From Vicugna vicugna (taxonomy: Eukaryota), in contig MU058540.1 in NCBI GenBank assembly GCA_013265495.1, positions 23,696 to 87,695 of the forward strand: DNA of 64,000 nucleotides, read 5' to 3'. A program made the translations under genes and the position numbers. The notes under the pieces are model-generated. The model ran no database searches, was not told where the DNA came from, and saw only the letters and a program-made list of their open reading frames with translations. Of the stretch, positions 59,746 through 64,000 are shown in pieces. Within the stretch, counting starts at the first letter, position 1. Each line of letters starts with the position of its first letter.

Positions 59746-61814
59746 ACAATTTACCAAAGTGGCCTCAAAAAATTAACAATCTGTATAGTCTCACATCTGA
59801 TTTAAAAAATTAAAAGTATAACAATTTCATCCCTCAAAGGAAATTCAAGTCCCAATTTGCTTCAATGTTAAATTCTACCAACTACTTTCAGTCTGTCTGA
59901 AATCGATTTTATTAATGATTAGAGTAAGTGTCACAGTAAATTTTCTCAAAGGGACCTTCAAACCACCTGGTAACATTTATTGAAAAGACTATCTTTCTCC
60001 TATGGCTCTGCGGTGCCACGATAGGCCAGAGCATTTTATTTGAGAGGGGATCTGATTCTAGAATTTCTGTTTTATTCTATCTTCCTGCCTGTGTATACTC
60101 CAGCTAATATCACACTATGTAGATTAATATACCACAGCATGTTAACTAATATAGCCAATACCACACAGCGCAAACGAATAAGGCTTTTGTTATCTTGTAC
60201 TAATTTTCTTCCAGTTTTGTTCTTATTTTTGAAAATTTCCTAGGTGATTCTAAGACCATAAATTTGCATATGAATTTTAAATTTACTTTGAAGCCTTCTC
60301 ACACACATATACACCAAGAAAAAAAAAAAGCAGAAGAAACAAAGCAAAATAAACGATCGAGCAAGCAAACAAAAATCCTTGCCTTGATCGTCAATGAAAA
60401 TTTAATTGAATGTAGATTAACTTGGAGAAAACTGACATTAGAAATATTTACTCTTACTATCTCTAATCTGCACATGCTCATCAATTATGAAGGTTCATTG
60501 ATTTCTCTCTATGTAGTTCTGTAGTTTTCAGTATACAAGTCTTGTTCATATCTTGCTAGATTTATTCTTAGATATTCAATATTTTAGGGTGCTACTCTGA
60601 AAGGTATAATTTTCTCAGTTTTGATTTTTCTTTGTTTCTGGTAGAGCAGACTAGAATTGGCTTTCTGTATATTGCCCTTTCATCCCCCAATACTGTTAAA
60701 CTTACTTACTGAATCTATTAGCTAGTCTACTATTTCTATTTTCAAAGTACGTGATCACATCAATAGTAAATCATTTTACTTCCGTTGCTACCTTTAAACC
60801 TTTTGTTTCTTTTTCTTGCCACTTTTCCTTGTCTACCACTTCTGATACAGAGTCAAGATAGAGTCAAGAAGAAAATGTTAAATATTTTCACCATTGAGTT
60901 TGATGTGTGCAGACTTTCTTAAACTGAGAAAATTCCTTTTGAATACTAGTTCTTTAATTACTAGATTTTTTTTGAAGTGAAGAGCAGAGGTTGAGCTCTG
61001 TCAAATAATATTTTATGATTCTAGCCCCCTGGTCATATGCCTTTTCTCCTACTTTCAGTTAACACAGTATTGGAAGCCCCAGTCGGAAAACTCAAACAAG
61101 AAAGGGAAACAAATGGCCTGCCTTACTGCGCGATCTCAAATCTGTGCTGTTGTGAAATCGTCAAGCCTCAAAGGGCCCAAAGTCCTAACCATGAGTTCCC
61201 CTGCTTTCACCAGATTTTTTCCTCCACGCAGCAACTTCCCCTATCAGCCTGAACAGCTGCACTGGACCTGATTCTTGGTCTAAGGTTTCAGGCCGCTGCC
61301 AGCACATGGAACTATTCAAATAACAACATCCTCCTGTGAAGTCCGGGGGGGACCCCATTCTCTTGTCACTACAAAGGCTGCCTCTCATAGCTCCTGCTTT
61401 TTGACTCTGTTTCTGAGTGCAACCTCCGTGTTGCCCTACACGGGCAGTGCCCTCCTCCCTCAGGCTGTGAGTATATGTGAGAAATTGCTATCAATCTCAT
61501 CTGTCCATTTGGGGTGTTGTGTGTTCACCCATCACATACTAGTTAGGGTTGGGGAGTTCTTCTTCATCAACAGGATGAATGGGAGGTGGTCAGAACACAT
61601 GCAGATCAGAAATAAGTGAAATAAATTTATACCTATCCTCATTTGATATCATGGTCTATATAAAAAATCCCAAGGAATTCCCCCCAAAAAACCCTCCTGG
61701 AACTCATCAAAATTGCAGATTTCAAAAACAATCAAAAAATCAATTTGTATTTCTATATATGGCAATGAAGAAATGAAGCAAAATTAAAAATACAATATCA
61801 TTTACAGTAAGACG

Positions 61815-61886
61815 AAAGGAAGGAAGGGAGGAAGGAAGAAAGGAAGGAAGGGAGGGAGGGCGGGAGAGCAGGAGGGAGGGAGGGAG
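61815..61886 (+). repeat. (GGAA/GGGA)n purine-rich simple repeat
   Basis: Direct reading; about 200 bp upstream of the DYA-like X box. Confidence 0.85.
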
Positions 61887-62029
61887 GCTACTCCACGGCC
61901 CTCCTCACACACACGCACATTCTGTCAGAATGAACAGAGCTTTCTGTTTCTCTCCTCCCGCTCATTCTATGCCATGAAAATGTTCCTTCTGCTCCATTGT
62001 GAACCTGTGCCCTTAGATAATTCAAAGCA

Positions 62030-62120
62030 AAGGAATTTTCCAGGCTTCTTCCAGGGCTCTTCATAAAAATGCTTCAACTGGCAACTGAGGTGTCAGCTCA
62101 GGGAATTTCTCTGACGGGCT
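62030..62120 (+). promoter_or_regulatory. Alpha-type class II promoter with intact X box and mutated Y box
   Basis: GGAATTTTCC (kB-like); X ACTGGCAACTGAGGTGTCA (~62077-62095); the Y position reads CTGACGGG (62111-62118) instead of CTGATTGG. Confidence 0.8.
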
Positions 62121-62265
62121 GAAGCATGATACAGCAGGGTTAGGCCTTGTGGCCTACTCCTGCCTGGTTTCCTCCGCTAGTTCTCCTCTTTAGATCTCCT
62201 TCCTTGCAAGATCGCATCACAGCTCCACTCAGAACAGCCACTCCTGAGGAGACCCTTGGAGGAGG

Positions 62266-62347
62266 ATGTCCCTGAAGAAGGCCTTGATTCTAGGGGCCGT
62301 CATTCTGGCCGCCATGATAAGCCCGGGTGGAGGTGAAGACATCGTGG
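62266..62347 (+). CDS. DYA: Exon 1 (signal peptide) of a second class II alpha gene, DYA-like; gene continues beyond the window
   Basis: ATG...MSLKKALILGAVILAAMISPGGGEDIV G|gtgagt, 82 bp like DQA exon 1. The KKALIL start resembles ruminant DYA as I recall it, and the position fits. A DQA paralog is not excluded without exon 2. Confidence 0.7.
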
Positions 62348-64000
62348 GTGAGTGCACGGTGGAGGGGTGTGGATTTAGAATTGCCCAGGAGAGTGGAGAC
62401 AGCAGTGAATGGGGTGCGGAATCATAGTAAGTAGTCTGTGAAACCCCAGTTCCCCTGAATCTGAATTCTGATGTTTATTTTCCCTCCAAGCCAAAACCCC
62501 AGCCCTAAAAATCCATGCTTAGTTCATAGATTAAATTTCATGATGTCCCCATGTCATTGCAGTGCTCACCAAAGGTCTTTTTCTCTTTCTAATATCAGAA
62601 ACAACTAATACACCCTGAAGGTTGTTACGGCATTAATTTATGGTAGATCCTAATGTTAGAGCTATTTCTCCAAATATATTGCTTCTCTTAACAGCAACTT
62701 ATGAACCTACTCCTCCTAACCCTCTCTACACTTTTTCAAAGCTATTACTAATTTTGTCTACATGATTTCTTAGGGTACTCAAGTCCATAAATTTTCTGCA
62801 CCACATACAAAATAGCATGTCATTTTTTCTGGTTTCCAACATAATTTATATTTTCCAAGTTTGGGCTCGGGAGGTGAGGAGGATGAATTTTACTGTAGAT
62901 GGTTGCAATTAGAGAAATATAATTAATTAGCTGAATGACATTGAGGGAGTCAGCTCACTACATTGATCTTCATTTTTCTCATATGGAAAAATAATTGATT
63001 GACTCATCGTTCTAAAGAACACATAATCAAAATAAGGATGCAGATGTGTATCTTAAATAACAAAGAACTATATAATGCCAAGATATAGCATGACTATTAC
63101 AAGTGTAACTTCACTTTTGTTTATCTGTTTCAGAACTGTGCATAATGTATGGTGGAAAACCTAGGATCTTACAGTAGGTTAGTCTCAGCTTGTCAACCCA
63201 AACTACCAGTCCTGTCACCTCCAGCCAGTAAAGCTCTAAAGAGAGGATAAAAACGGACTAATGATGGTTCTTTCGCCCCTCTGCCCCTCCCTTCCCTACT
63301 CACAGCACCTTCTGGATCTGTGGCTTTATTCTACCACATCTCAGTCTCCTCTCCAGACATTTGTCCTGCTATGTCATGGGCATTGACAACAGTTATTGAA
63401 ACCTGAAGTGAAAAAGCCAAGCCAAGGAAAATAGAGGAGACGTGGAATATGATAGAACCTTCAAAACCTTTCCCAATAGTGATTCATTAAGTCAACAAAT
63501 ATTTAGTGAGGTATCAAGCACTCCTCTGGGTGCTTGGCATAAAACAAGGTTTCTATCCATAAGAAACTGATGTTCTTGCAATAAGAGACAGATAATTTTT
63601 TTAAAAAAACAGATTTTATAAGTAACTAAATTCCATAATATGCTAAGAAAGATATAAATGCTATAAAATTAAGAGATTAGGTGATTAGACATGAGCTTAA
63701 GAATTAAAATTATCTATTCATTATTTATTCATTTATTTAACAAATATGATTGAAATCTTACCATGTACCATGAAACCTACTGGACAGTGGAAGTACAAAG
63801 TGAACAAGACAGAGCATCTCAGTGCCTCTTGGAGTATACATTATCATGGGAAAGACAATATACATGGAAACATTTTTAAGAGATAATACTTAACACTTAC
63901 CTCTCAATAATCCTAAGATACAAAAGACAGAAATGGGAACTGATATCAGACCATGCCAAATATGAATCTACACTACTTGGAATACAGTTTCTTATGCTTC

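Noticed and set aside
1..64000. CRISPR arrays, operons or prokaryotic defence systems
   Set aside because: The window is intron-containing mammalian DNA; no repeat-spacer arrays seen.

Overview
Mammalian (eukaryotic) genomic DNA from the MHC class II region. A tRNA-Ala-derived Vic-1-type SINE and the gene content point to a camelid (inference). Gene order: intact DQA (+, 8970-12514); a decayed DQB-like exon 3/exon 4 remnant (-); intact DQB (-, 26814-21261) with an in-frame 12-bp insertion in exon 2 and a dead exon 5; a fossil alpha-chain promoter plus exon 1 lying head-to-head with DQB (~28.6-28.9 kb); repeat-rich spacer with two paralogous orphan X-Y enhancer-like modules; an isolated TAP2 terminal-exon fragment (-, ~44 kb); an intact, inverted, divergent DRB-like beta gene (+, 45118-54862; DSB-like) that lacks the cytoplasmic ubiquitin-acceptor lysine and beta-81 His; and the promoter plus exon 1 of a DYA-like alpha gene whose Y box is broken. 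The rest is LINE-1, L2, MIR, MaLR/ERVL and hAT remnants. Exon boundaries were read from splice sites. Repeat family names and boundaries, and orthology calls (DSB, DYA), come from recalled consensus sequences rather than a database search, so they are approximate.
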